32,000 nt of DNA from Halomicronema hongdechloris C2206 (GCF_002075285.3 NZ_CP021983.2:1440001-1472000), one strand, 5' to 3'. Numbered from the stretch's first letter, positions 1-9,707 are shown. Made by a program: numbers and translations. Notes: generated by a model from the sequence alone, not told the origin.

Positions 1-225
1 CAGTTCTCGGCCGTTGTTGTCGAAAATGGCGTCAAAGCGGCTATCGCTAAGGGCCTGCTTCAGGGCATCTGTGTCTTTGCGATCGCATCGAATCTGCTCC
101 ACCCCAGCCACAGGAGCGGGCCGATTGCCCCGGTTTAGCAGCACCACCTCATGGCCTTGATCGACTAACAGCCGAGTCAGGAAGACGCCGATAAACCGCG
201 TTCCCCCCATTACTAAAATCCGCAT
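1..225 (-). CDS. NAD(P)-binding epimerase/dehydratase-family (extended SDR) protein; N-terminal part only, gene runs off the left edge
   Basis: Reverse-strand ATG at 223-225. Translation MRILVMGGTRFIGVFLTRLLVDQGHEVVLLNRGNRPAP... has a Rossmann GxxGxxG motif (GGTRFIG). The frame is open to position 1. Confidence 0.7.
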   Translation of the reverse strand, partial: MRILVMGGTRFIGVFLTRLLVDQGHEVVLLNRGNRPAPVAGVEQIRCDRKDTDALKQALSDSRFDAIFDNNGREL

Positions 226-517
226 GGGACCCTCCATCCGTGTAATCAATGTTTATCTTAAGACGGGCCGATCCTGGAATTCGATGTTAAAAAGCGGCTC
301 CCCTGGGAAAATGTCTCGTAAGCTAGGGCCATATCCCCTGGCCATTTGCCCCAGTGGGTGACTCGTTCCTATCCTAAATTCAGCTCGAGATAGTTGGGCT
401 CGACATGAGTCATCGCCCCTGAGGCACCCCCCGTAGCTGGATTTGGACAAGGTTTAGAATAGGGATTGACTCTGGCTCTGCGGGCCTGAGCGGTCTGGCG
501 TCGACATAAGGTCTAGC

Positions 518-1546
518 ATGCATCAGCTTGAGCACGCCTACAGAGTCCTGGATCTACACCCGGGAGCCTCCCTAGAGGAGATCAACCAGGCCTATAAGGA
601 TCTGGTGTTTATCTGGCATCCCGATCGTATTCCCCAAGAGAATACCCGCCTGTTAGAGAAGGCCCAGGAGAAAATCAAGCAGCTCAATCAGGCCCGAGAC
701 CTATTGAGGTCCCACAACAAGACCAAAGGCGGGGTCCGCTCCCATGCCTACAGCGCCTCCGGCAATAGCCATGGGAACCAGGCGTCAGGTTATCCGCGCA
801 GTGACGCCTATCGGCCGCCAGCCGCTTCCTATTACAGCAACCGTTATCGCTCTGCTGGCTATACCCGTGGCTCCAGTAGCAGTTATCGCCCGGGATATAC
901 CGACAGCTACCGTAACGGCTATCCTGGCAGCCACAATAGTTACAGCAGCCATCGCTCCGGTTATACGAATCCCTACCGCCCTGGCTCTACCCACCAGAGT
1001 CAGCCCAATGGCAGGAGTACCAATGGCAGTCAGTACTCTAGTCAGCGCTCTAACGGCAACTCATCTAGCAGCAATGGCTCCCAGGCAGCCAGCAGCACCA
1101 GCAGTAGCGGCCACCGGCAGAGCCCATCCCAGCAGAATGTGTCCCAACAGGCCTACAACGCCTACCGGGCTCGCCAGCAAAATCCCGACCTAAGCGGCAC
1201 CGATCTCAGTGGCGCCAACCTACGGGAGAAGGACCTCTCCGGGCGTAATCTCAGTAATGCCAACCTGAGCGGCGCCGATCTCAGTGATGCCTTTCTCCAC
1301 AAGATCAACCTGAATCGGGCTAATCTCTGCCGGGCCAAACTCTTTCGGGCCAATTTGCTGCAAGCCGACCTCAGCCACGCCAACTTGCGAGAGGCCGACC
1401 TGATTGGTGCCGATCTCAGTGGCGCCAACCTCAGCGGTGCCGATCTCAGTGGCGCCAAGGTGGGCTTTGGGGGCAAGGTCATGGTGAAACTAACCAGCAC
1501 TATTCTGACCGGTACCATCATGCCAGATGGCACTATCCATGACTGA
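518..1546 (+). CDS. J-domain protein with a Ser/Tyr/Arg/Asn/Gly-rich low-complexity linker and C-terminal pentapeptide repeats
   Basis: N-terminus AYRVLDLHPGASLEEINQAYKDLVFIWHPDRIP carries the HPD motif (His codon 617-619). About 150 aa of YR/SY/GY-rich low complexity follow. The C-terminus is a run of A(D/N)LSGANL-type pentapeptide repeats (about 1190-1470). Confidence 0.85.
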   Translation: MHQLEHAYRVLDLHPGASLEEINQAYKDLVFIWHPDRIPQENTRLLEKAQEKIKQLNQARDLLRSHNKTKGGVRSHAYSASGNSHGNQASGYPRSDAYRPPAASYYSNRYRSAGYTRGSSSSYRPGYTDSYRNGYPGSHNSYSSHRSGYTNPYRPGSTHQSQPNGRSTNGSQYSSQRSNGNSSSSNGSQAASSTSSSGHRQSPSQQNVSQQAYNAYRARQQNPDLSGTDLSGANLREKDLSGRNLSNANLSGADLSDAFLHKINLNRANLCRAKLFRANLLQADLSHANLREADLIGADLSGANLSGADLSGAKVGFGGKVMVKLTSTILTGTIMPDGTIHD

Positions 1547-1849
1547 ATCTTGCCAGCATTCTTTCAAGAGTGCTGACATCCAGAACCCGACAGGCTTTCA
1601 CAAATTTGACGGCCATAAGCTGGCAAGACTCTCCCGACAACGCCGAAAGAGTCCTGCACGTGGATTGATTAACGGCTACAGCGCTTTTGAGGCCAGTGAG
1701 GTACACGACTGACCATGAACTTCCTTGATCCCGGGAGGCAGGCTGTACCTCATCCCGCAAGGAAATACTATATGGCTGGAATCACCAGATGGTGCTCTAG
1801 CAAAGAGGTCATGCCCACTGTTAGGACAGGTAGGGCCAGGTAGCATCGT

Positions 1850-2032
1850 TTAGCGACATACGGGCAACCCTGGGGCATAAGCCTCAATCACCCGCCCCGT
1901 CTGGCTGCAGGTGATCATCAAGTAATCACACTGGGGACACTGGGTCCGAACCAGATGTTCAGTGTCGATATAGTAACGCTCTGCTGTGTTGCCACAATTG
2001 GGACAAGCTACTTTTTGAAACACGCTAACCAT
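1850..2032 (-). CDS. Small zinc-ribbon protein (two CxxC pairs), conserved hypothetical
   Basis: MVSVFQKVACPNCGNTAERYYIDTEHLVRTQCPQCDYLMITC... contains CPNC and CPQC. The ORF is open to 2098, but the ATG at 2030-2032 has GGGAG 7 nt upstream, so the shorter form is preferred. Confidence 0.55.
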   Translation of the reverse strand: MVSVFQKVACPNCGNTAERYYIDTEHLVRTQCPQCDYLMITCSQTGRVIEAYAPGLPVCR

Positions 2033-2467
2033 TTGAAAGCTCCCGACCAATAAAAAATAATTAAAGTCAAGACGACGTTTGACACGTTTTGAACACACTG
2101 GCTATGACATTGACCGAAGAACGGTTTACCCAGAGAAATCGCTTAGTTCGCGACGGATATATTTGCAAATCTCAATTTTTCTAAATACTGTTCAATAGCC
2201 TGCTCATATTATGTCAACTCTGCTGGCAAGACGCAACTGAGGAAAACAGGGCTGGGATCATGGAAAGTCAAGGGATATAAGTTGATCTCAACCATGGGAA
2301 TATCCGTTGAAATAGAGTTTTTTCCTCTAATCAACTTCTACTCTTATCCCTTGCTTAGGGGCCCTGAGACGATAAAATTACAGATTTTCTTTAGAGAATG
2401 GTATTGTAGAGGCCCTAGCGCTCCCTAATCCCCTCAGACGACCGTAATTGTCGGGTCATAGCGCCGC

Positions 2468-2881
2468 TTGGGGGCAGGGCTGAGAAACCCGTGGGAGAAT
2501 TTAACCGTGATTTTTATGCACTATCCCCCGTTTCCAACAGGGCTCGCTACCATGGATCGGTCTGCCTGTCGCCGTGGGGATGCTTTAGCCCAGCTGATCG
2601 CCCAATTTCCCCAAGTAGAGCGGGTGGCCTGTAGCCATTTACACCGCCCCCTTCAGCGGCGCTGGGCCAGTACTGTTGCCAGTGTTGCCCCTAGTGTGGC
2701 TCACCAAATTCAACTGACCTTACAGCCTCAGCACCCCTTAGCCCTGACCCTAGAACCTGCAGCATTTTACCTGCACCAGTGGTTACCCACCTCTGGTTTA
2801 GTGACCCATACCGTGTATATTGGGCCATTCCCCACCTATACTTACAAGACTGGCGAACCGGTGACCGAATGCCTAAGCTGA
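2468..2881 (+). pseudogene. C-terminal remnant of a CpdA-like calcineurin-type metallophosphoesterase (N-terminal catalytic half missing)
   Basis: VIFMHYPPFPTG...MD...VERVACSHLHR matches the HHPP and GHxH blocks of the C-terminal half of metallophosphoesterases. No DxH, GDxxD or GNHD blocks occur upstream. There is an in-frame TAG at 2458-2460 and only a TTG start, and 2100-2460 is AT-rich non-coding DNA. Confidence 0.5.
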
Positions 2882-2942
2882 TTGTTTATCGGCGACAGGG
2901 ATAAATCTCAGAATCTCTGTCGATTGCAAGAGGACGCTATTG

Positions 2943-5126
2943 ATGGCTGTGAAGCTCCCCTGGCTGTCTGACTTTTTGAAAGCCCGATTATCTCGGCGCA
3001 TAGTGCTGTGGGTCTTCCTCAGCATCGTCGTCATTGAGGCCATTATTCTAGTACCCTCTGTCTATCGGCGAGAGCGGGAACTCTTGCAATATCTACAATC
3101 TTTATCGGCCACCCATGCCCTGGGTCTCTTGGATAATCTAGCCATTGACGAGCTGCAAGGACAGGCCCTACTAGAGGCATTGCGTAGCCTACAGCACCAA
3201 GATGTGGTCTTGGGGGGGGCTCTCTATACCGCCAATGGCACCCTAATTGGAGAATTTGGGGAGCCGCCCGAGTTAACCTATACCCGCTTCCAGACAGGCC
3301 AGTCTCAGCATTACAGTCGTCGTCACAATCGCTACGACGCCGTCTGGACCATGTCGCCCCTCGAGGGCGACTATGTGCTGATTATTCGCCATGATGCGAC
3401 TTGGGTGCAGCAGGAGTTTTTTGGGTTTGTGGGGCGGATCGCTGGCTTGGTGGTGATTATCTCGGCTTTTGTCACCGGGGCTACCATGATTGTGTTAGAG
3501 CGGCTTCTGATTAAGCCGATCATGGGGCTGCGACAGGACCTGCTCAAGGCTGGCCAAGTTATCAGTCAGGATTGTGATACAGGGCAGGTTTGCTTTCGCT
3601 CCCTCAATCCCGACCGGCATGACGAACTGGGGGATGTGACCATGGCCTTTGAGCAGATGTTTCGTCAGATTACCGATGCGATCGCAACTCGCAAGCGGGT
3701 CGAAGCTGATCTGCGCCAGTCAGAGGAAAAATTTGCCAAAGCCTTTCAGGCTAGTCCCAATCCCATGATTATCAGTACCCTAGCCGATGGTCGCCTGATT
3801 GAAGTCAACGACACCTTTTTGCATCTCTACGGTGATACCTCGGCTCAAGTGATCGGGCAAACAGCCCTGGAACTCGACCTCTGGGCAGATCCTCAAGATC
3901 GGGAAGACATGATCGATACCCTGAGACACCAGGGCTATATCCGCAATCGAGAGTACTGCTTCCAAAATCAGCAGGGTCAGCTGCGCACGGTGCTGTATTC
4001 CTGTGAGCAGATTCAGATTAATCACCACCCTTGCATTCTATCCGTGGTGAATGACATTACCGAACGCAAGCAAGCGGAACAAGCCCTGCGCCAGAGCGAA
4101 ATCCGCTTTCGCACCCTAGTGGAGCAGGCGGCAGATGCCTTTTTCGTCATCAACAGTGACGGTCGCTTTGTCGATGTGAATCAACAGGCTTGTGACAGCC
4201 TGGGATACCAGCGGCAGGACTTACTGCAGCGCCATGTCTGGGATATCGAAGCGGTCATGACCCCAGAACGCTTTCAGCAGCTCTGGCAAAGCTTACAAGA
4301 GCAGAACTTCGGTACCCTCGAAGGTAAGCATCGCCGCCGGGACGGCAGTCAATTTCCGGTAGAAGTTCGCCTAGGGCTCCTGAGACTCAATAACCATTGC
4401 GCTGTCCTAGCGTTGGCTCGCGATATTAGCGAGCGTAAGCAGGGAGAACAGGCCCTGGCCCGTCTGGCCGAAGTCGGCGAGTTGGCTGCCATGATCGTCC
4501 ACGAAGTCCGTAGTCCATTGACTACCGTGCTTATGGGCCTACAGTCGTTTCAGCAACTAGAGTTGCCCCAGCGTCCCCGACTCCGGCTGCAGCTAGCCCT
4601 AGAGGAATCCCAGCGGCTGCAACGGTTGCTGAATGAAATCCTCATGTATGCTCGCCAGCAAACCTTGAACACTACCGAACTGGAACTGAATCAGTTTCTC
4701 AAGGATATGCTGGTCACGATGAAGGAGTTGCCGAGTTGCGATCGCACCATTGAGTTTCAGCCCACCCCGACCGCTGTTCCTATCACCGCCGACCCCGACA
4801 AACTCAAACAAGTCTTCATTAATCTGCTCAGTAACGCCTGTGAAGCCACTAGCGAGGGAGATACTGTCCGTTGTTGGATAACCCCTGAGACAAATTGGGT
4901 GAAGGTTTACGTCCACAACGGTGGCGAGCCCATTCCACCAGAGATTCTCCCCAAGCTAACTCGCCCCTTCGTCACCACAAAAAGCTCTGGTAATGGCCTC
5001 GGCCTAGCCATCACCCACCGCATCATCGAAGCTCACAATGGTACCTTAACCATCGATTCTTCAGAGACTACTGGCACCACGGTAACCGTGTCATTACCAG
5101 CCACCCAAGCCCACATATCCAATTAA
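2943..5126 (+). CDS. Membrane sensor histidine kinase (2 TM + extracytoplasmic domain, HAMP, two PAS domains, HisKA, HATPase_c)
   Basis: Two hydrophobic segments flank about 130 aa. A HAMP-like DELGDVTMAFEQMF is followed by two PAS units, each ending in the ...DITERKQAEQAL / ...DISERKQGEQAL linker. H-box is AAMIVHEVRSPL; N and G boxes are INLLSNACEA and SSGNGLGLAI. ATG at 2943 (the ORF opens at TTG 2940). No response regulator is adjacent. Confidence 0.9.
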   Translation: MAVKLPWLSDFLKARLSRRIVLWVFLSIVVIEAIILVPSVYRRERELLQYLQSLSATHALGLLDNLAIDELQGQALLEALRSLQHQDVVLGGALYTANGTLIGEFGEPPELTYTRFQTGQSQHYSRRHNRYDAVWTMSPLEGDYVLIIRHDATWVQQEFFGFVGRIAGLVVIISAFVTGATMIVLERLLIKPIMGLRQDLLKAGQVISQDCDTGQVCFRSLNPDRHDELGDVTMAFEQMFRQITDAIATRKRVEADLRQSEEKFAKAFQASPNPMIISTLADGRLIEVNDTFLHLYGDTSAQVIGQTALELDLWADPQDREDMIDTLRHQGYIRNREYCFQNQQGQLRTVLYSCEQIQINHHPCILSVVNDITERKQAEQALRQSEIRFRTLVEQAADAFFVINSDGRFVDVNQQACDSLGYQRQDLLQRHVWDIEAVMTPERFQQLWQSLQEQNFGTLEGKHRRRDGSQFPVEVRLGLLRLNNHCAVLALARDISERKQGEQALARLAEVGELAAMIVHEVRSPLTTVLMGLQSFQQLELPQRPRLRLQLALEESQRLQRLLNEILMYARQQTLNTTELELNQFLKDMLVTMKELPSCDRTIEFQPTPTAVPITADPDKLKQVFINLLSNACEATSEGDTVRCWITPETNWVKVYVHNGGEPIPPEILPKLTRPFVTTKSSGNGLGLAITHRIIEAHNGTLTIDSSETTGTTVTVSLPATQAHISN

Positions 5127-5598
5127 ACGGCACCTTTACTCACCATCACTGTCTTCCAAAGAAAGACTATTCTATGTATGTATTCATTCAGCCATAGCAC
5201 ACCGATGAGCACCGTGACCATAAAACAAGATAGATTAACCCCAAAGAACGAATACCTATAGCAACTATAAAGTTTCGTCCAGTTGCAGCTTGATTAGTCA
5301 TCAAAAATCGAAATGTTGCATAGCTAGCTTCATCGTCAATGATTAACCTAGCTCTAACTAGTAACAATAACTATACTATTCATCAAATATCAATTTCTAA
5401 CTAACCGAGGATTTCAGAAAGCCTGTAATAATAACCTGTCCGCAGACTTAGGAAAACTTTATAGTAACTTAGAAAAGGCAGCGCCTGGTTGAAGTTCACA
5501 TGAACGCGCTTGCTACTAACAGAAGCAAGGCGATACCTTCGGGATTGTAGTAGGTTCACCTATCCTACAGACAGACTGCGGAGAGTAACTCTTCACCC

Positions 5599-7527
5599 AT
5601 GGCAATGAAAGAACTCTTACCCTGGCTACCTCAACATCAAAGTATTCGCGAGGCACTTGCTAACTATAGTAAAGGCATAGGTCTACAGGATAGAATTGAA
5701 TATCTCCGCACAATTGCAAAGCACGACCTCGACTTTACTCAAATCACTCGAGTTGACCGGCGTCTACAGGAAATCATAACAGACCATTCCAACCAGATTA
5801 AAGGACTGCAAACTGTTAAAATTGCCATCCTAGCTTCCTCAACAGTAGATCATCTGCAGTCAGCCATTCGGGTGTCTGCACTGCGCCGAGGATTAATTGC
5901 TCAGTGCTATGTTGCTCCTTATGGTCAGTATCATCAGGAGCTCTTAAATTCAAATTCTGGTATATATAAATTTAAGCCAGACATCGTTATTTTAGCTGTT
6001 AATAGCCATGATATTGGCATACAACTGCCATGCTCCTGCACTGCCCAAGAGGTTGAAAATGCCGTAGAGAAAAGAGTAAATGAATGGATACAACTCTGGG
6101 GAATAATTGATACAAAGCTACAAGCAACTATCATTCAACACACGATGGTAATTCCCCCTGAGCGGTTATTTGGGCAATATGATTCTGTACTAGCAGCTGC
6201 CCCAAGTAACATACTCGTGCAAGTCAATGAATGCTTGCGTCGTAAGGCTGCAGAGCATAAAGTTTTACTGTTAAATCTTGATGAAATTGCCGCCTTTGTT
6301 GGCAAAAGTAAGTGGTGCAACCCTACACTTTGGTACCATTCTAAGCAAGATGTTTCTCCAGTATATGCTCCCCTATACGGAGATTATCTAGCTCGGGTAA
6401 TAGCAGCTATTCGGGGGATATCATATAAATGCCTAGTCCTAGATTTAGATAATACTCTTTGGGGTGGTGTTATCGGTGATGATGGCTTAGAGGGAATTAT
6501 TCTCGGACAGGGAGATGCTATTGGTGAAGCCTATCAAGCATTTCAAGCCTATGCAAAAGCGCTAAAAGAACGAGGAATAATTCTAGCAGTATGCTCTAAG
6601 AATGAAGAGATAAATGCCTTAGAACCATTTGAACATCACCCAGAGATGATTCTAAAAAAGGAAGATATTGCCGTTTTCTTTGCGAACTGGGAGGATAAGG
6701 CAACAAACCTCCAACGTATTGCTAAGCATCTAAATATCGGACTAGACTCTCTGGTATTCTTTGATGATAACCCTGTCGAACGAGCAGTGGTAAGGCAACT
6801 AACTCCTGCTGTTGCTGTCCCCGAAGTTCCCGAAGATCCAGCTCTATATGTTCGTTACTTATCAGATGCTGGATATTTTGAAGCTATTTCTTTTTCTGGC
6901 GATGACACTAAACGGGCAGAGCAGTATCTGGCAAACAGTCGTAGAAATGAATTAAGGGAGAAAACTCAGGACCTGGAGAGCTTCTTAGAGAGTCTCCACA
7001 TGGAAATGACTGTTGGGCCGGTTGACAAAGTTTCCTTGCCAAGGGCCACTCAGCTGATAAATAAAAGCAACCAGTTTAACCTCACAACTCGTCGCTATAC
7101 CGAAACTCAAGTCAAGCAGATGAGTGAAGATCCAGATATTTTATGTCTTCAAATTCGTCTCAAAGATGATTTCGGAGACAACGGATTAATCAGTGTTATC
7201 ATCGCAAAGCCAATCTTACTAGGATCTGAGCAAGCTCTTCATATTGATACATGGCTAATGAGTTGCCGTGTATTAGGTCGACAAGTCGAGAAAGAAGCCC
7301 TGAATATCTTGGTTAATCAAGCTAAGGAAAGAGGGTACAGTACATTACATGGAGAATATATTGAAACTGCAAAAAACCAGATAGTAAGGGATCATTATAC
7401 TAATCTTGGATTTAAGCTACTATATGAAAAACAGGAGCAAGATAAAGCATTTAGAAGTCTATGGTCATTGAATACTAGTAACTTCGAAGAGTTCAAAACT
7501 ACTATCAAAAGTAAAGTTCTTATTTGA
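5599..7527 (+). CDS. FkbH-like three-domain protein (N-terminal alpha/beta domain, HAD subfamily IIIC phosphatase/loader, C-terminal GNAT-like domain)
   Basis: Signature LVLDLDNTLWGGVIGDDGLEGI (DxDxT of FkbH/HAD-IIIC), then AVCSKNEE and FFDDNPVER. C-terminal GNAT-like block is WLMSCRVLGRQVEKEAL...GF. The stop is 12 nt before the ACP gene. Confidence 0.85.
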   Translation: MAMKELLPWLPQHQSIREALANYSKGIGLQDRIEYLRTIAKHDLDFTQITRVDRRLQEIITDHSNQIKGLQTVKIAILASSTVDHLQSAIRVSALRRGLIAQCYVAPYGQYHQELLNSNSGIYKFKPDIVILAVNSHDIGIQLPCSCTAQEVENAVEKRVNEWIQLWGIIDTKLQATIIQHTMVIPPERLFGQYDSVLAAAPSNILVQVNECLRRKAAEHKVLLLNLDEIAAFVGKSKWCNPTLWYHSKQDVSPVYAPLYGDYLARVIAAIRGISYKCLVLDLDNTLWGGVIGDDGLEGIILGQGDAIGEAYQAFQAYAKALKERGIILAVCSKNEEINALEPFEHHPEMILKKEDIAVFFANWEDKATNLQRIAKHLNIGLDSLVFFDDNPVERAVVRQLTPAVAVPEVPEDPALYVRYLSDAGYFEAISFSGDDTKRAEQYLANSRRNELREKTQDLESFLESLHMEMTVGPVDKVSLPRATQLINKSNQFNLTTRRYTETQVKQMSEDPDILCLQIRLKDDFGDNGLISVIIAKPILLGSEQALHIDTWLMSCRVLGRQVEKEALNILVNQAKERGYSTLHGEYIETAKNQIVRDHYTNLGFKLLYEKQEQDKAFRSLWSLNTSNFEEFKTTIKSKVLI

Positions 7528-7539
7528 GGAAAAGCTATA

Positions 7540-7785
7540 ATGAGTCGCGAAAAAATTTATGAGCAGCTGAATACAGTGTTTCAAGATGTCTTTGATGATG
7601 ATTCAATCAAAGTAGAAGATAATACATCAGCGAAGGATATTAGTGCCTGGGATTCGATGGCTCATATTAACTTGGTTTTGGGCACTGAACAAGAATTTGG
7701 GATTAAGTTCAGAACATCCGAGGTGGCAAAGCTTAACAATGTGGGAGAATTCATTGACTTGATTCAAAACAAGCTAGCTAGCTAG
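7540..7785 (+). CDS. Acyl/peptidyl carrier protein (ACP/DltC-like)
   Basis: 81 aa and acidic, with WDSMAHINLVLGTEQEFGI, the DS(L/M) phosphopantetheine-attachment motif (Ser39, codon 7654-7656). It sits between the loader and the MBOAT. Confidence 0.85.
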   Translation: MSREKIYEQLNTVFQDVFDDDSIKVEDNTSAKDISAWDSMAHINLVLGTEQEFGIKFRTSEVAKLNNVGEFIDLIQNKLAS

Positions 7786-7967
7786 CTAGAGAATATGACT
7801 CACCAAATTCTTTTAGTTTCAGTGTGTAAACCTAGGCACTAAATCCAAGGTATTGCCGTAGAAAAACCATCAGTAATGACTGGATGTAAATCCAAATTGC
7901 TTGATGAAGCCTCTAATTCTTCTAATAAAGAAGCAAATTAAATTCTAACTTAGTTGAATTCAAAATA

Positions 7968-9572
7968 ATGCTTTTTAATTCATACGAATTCATTCTACTA
8001 TTTGTGCCGATAACACTTATCGGATTTTGCTTAGTTACTAGATTGAAGCACCAAAGACTTACAATTTTTTGGCTTGTTATTGCATCTTTTTTCTTCTACG
8101 GCTGGTGGAATCCACCTTATTTACTATTACTGCTGCTATCGATTGGAGTGAACTATATTCTAGGCCAAGCTCTGAATCGAGCTTATATGGCAGAAGATGA
8201 AAGTGTTGGTAAGGTGCTGCTTATCGGCGGCATAGTCTTCAACCTAGGTCTTATCGGCTATTATAAATATTTTAATTTTTTTGTAGACAATGTTAATGCT
8301 ATTGTCGGCACATCATTTAATATATCTGCAATTGTTTTGCCTCTTGGCATTTCATTCTATACCTTTCAACAAATCTCTTATTTAGTTGATAGCCTAGAAG
8401 GGGAGACAAAACACTATAGGTTTATAGATTATTGCCTGTTTGTCAGCTTCTTTCCACAGCTTATTGCTGGTCCTATTGTTAGTCACCAAGAAATGATGCC
8501 CCAGTTCTCTAGAAGGGGCAAATTCGGGATTAGTCAAGAGAGCCTAGCAATAGGCTTAACAATTTTTTCAATAGGCTTATTTAAAAAGGTAATTCTAGCA
8601 GACCAAATTGCTCTCTATTCAACCCCTGTATTTAATGCTGCTGATCAAGGTGTTTCGCTGACAATAGCAGAGGCTTGGATGGGAGCATTAGCGTATACTA
8701 TGCAGATTTATTTCGATTTTTCTGGCTACTCTGATATGGCGATTGGCATAGCTCGGTTATTTAGTATTCAACTGCCTCTTAACTTTAATTCCCCTTATAA
8801 AGCAGTCAATATTATTGATTTTTGGGGACGCTGGCACATGACATTAACACGCTTCCTTACACGTTACTTGTATAATCCAATCGCCCTAAGCTTGTCTCGA
8901 AAACGAGCCCGTGATGGAAAAGACCTGATTAAGAGAGGAGTTGGAAGCTTTAGTGCGTTTACTGAACTACTGGCATTTCCTACCATCACTACCATGTTCC
9001 TGGCCGGACTCTGGCATGGTGCAGGCTGGCAGTATATTGTATTTGGTTTACTTCATGGGTTGTATCTTACAGTAAATCACGGCTGGCACATGTTACTTAA
9101 GGCATTTGGCCAGGTTCCTAAGAAGACAACATGGTGGCAAAATCGGCTGGGTCATCTACTAACTTTTGGGTGTGTTGTCGTAGCAATGGTTTTCTTCAGG
9201 GCACCGAGTGTTAATAATGCCATAACTATTTTGTCAGCGATGGTAGGAGCTAACGGTATATCTTTAAGCGATGGTGCCTTATTTACAAATCAGCTATTCA
9301 GCAATGCAAAATTGGGACTCTTATGGATAGTAGCTTTAATGGCAATTACGTTTTTATGCCCCAATACACAGGAATGGCTATCAGAACATAGTCCTGCTTT
9401 GGATTATAAACCCATAAATCCTACCAAGCCTTTTCATAACTGGGCTAGTTATATTCAGAAACATTTGAAATGGCAGCCTAATCACGCTTGGGCTATGATA
9501 ACAGCTGCAATTGCTGTAACAGGTTTTCTAGGACTTTCAGGGGTTAGTGAATTTATCTATTTTCAATTCTAA
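7968..9572 (+). CDS. Membrane-bound O-acyltransferase, AlgI/DltB/PatA type (MBOAT)
   Basis: Polytopic. Alignable by eye to AlgI along its whole length: LPLGISFYTFQQISYLVD, FFPQLIAGPI, ALAYTMQIYFDFSGYSDMAIG, and FWGRWHMTLTRFL with the invariant His (codon 8835-8837), then GLWHGAGW. Confidence 0.9.
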   Translation: MLFNSYEFILLFVPITLIGFCLVTRLKHQRLTIFWLVIASFFFYGWWNPPYLLLLLLSIGVNYILGQALNRAYMAEDESVGKVLLIGGIVFNLGLIGYYKYFNFFVDNVNAIVGTSFNISAIVLPLGISFYTFQQISYLVDSLEGETKHYRFIDYCLFVSFFPQLIAGPIVSHQEMMPQFSRRGKFGISQESLAIGLTIFSIGLFKKVILADQIALYSTPVFNAADQGVSLTIAEAWMGALAYTMQIYFDFSGYSDMAIGIARLFSIQLPLNFNSPYKAVNIIDFWGRWHMTLTRFLTRYLYNPIALSLSRKRARDGKDLIKRGVGSFSAFTELLAFPTITTMFLAGLWHGAGWQYIVFGLLHGLYLTVNHGWHMLLKAFGQVPKKTTWWQNRLGHLLTFGCVVVAMVFFRAPSVNNAITILSAMVGANGISLSDGALFTNQLFSNAKLGLLWIVALMAITFLCPNTQEWLSEHSPALDYKPINPTKPFHNWASYIQKHLKWQPNHAWAMITAAIAVTGFLGLSGVSEFIYFQF

Positions 9573-9707
9573 TATAATCATCATACTCATTGAAAATTGA
9601 AATTGAAAATATAGTTTAGTCAAATATATTGCCGGTGTCAGCTTCCATTTCTGATTTGATAAGCAAAATGAGAGTCTTGTCTAGCTTAAAAGATAGTCCA
9701 AGGTCCT

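Noticed and set aside
253-450. 65-aa reverse ORF in the divergent intergenic region
   Set aside because: It has no recognisable motif, an odd composition and no ribosome-binding site. It lies where the promoters of the two divergent flanking genes are expected.
744-1533. Three long ORFs (744-1193 +, 785-994 -, 1162-1533 -) overlapping the J-domain/pentapeptide gene
   Set aside because: Their products are monotonous Ala/Thr/Val/Ile or Leu/Arg/Ala strings. That is what off-frame and antisense reading of a GC-rich, internally repetitive coding region produces. The 518-1546 frame has recognisable domains throughout.
1527-1760. Two mutually antisense ORFs (1527-1712 +, 1533-1760 -) after the J-protein gene
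   Set aside because: They exclude each other, neither has motif support or a convincing start context, and the first overlaps the end of the upstream gene. I treat the region as non-coding.
3780-4916. Antisense ORFs inside the histidine kinase gene (3780-4028, 4599-4916)
   Set aside because: These are shadow ORFs of a GC-rich gene whose sense frame has complete PAS, HisKA and HATPase motifs.
5130-5230. 33-codon reverse-strand ORF (MVTVLIGVLWLNEYIHRIVFLWKTVMVSKGAV) just after the kinase stop
   Set aside because: It is too short, has no motif or RBS, and lies at the island border where composition changes. It cannot be supported from sequence alone.
5934-6320. Two short reverse ORFs inside the FkbH-like gene
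   Set aside because: They lie antisense to a gene with strong motif support and have no features of their own.
5599-7785. FkbH + ACP read as part of a polyketide/tetronate or methoxymalonyl-ACP extender-unit pathway
   Set aside because: No ketosynthase, acyltransferase, FkbI/FkbK/FkbG-like tailoring set, NRPS or PKS gene lies anywhere in the window. The immediate partners are an MBOAT and extracytoplasmic SGNH-like proteins in a glycosyltransferase-rich island.
9589-9610. ATTGAAA-like triple repeat after the MBOAT stop
   Set aside because: It is very short, imperfect and AT-rich within AT-rich DNA, so it is likely chance or minor slippage. It is not followed by a hairpin or a recognisable site.
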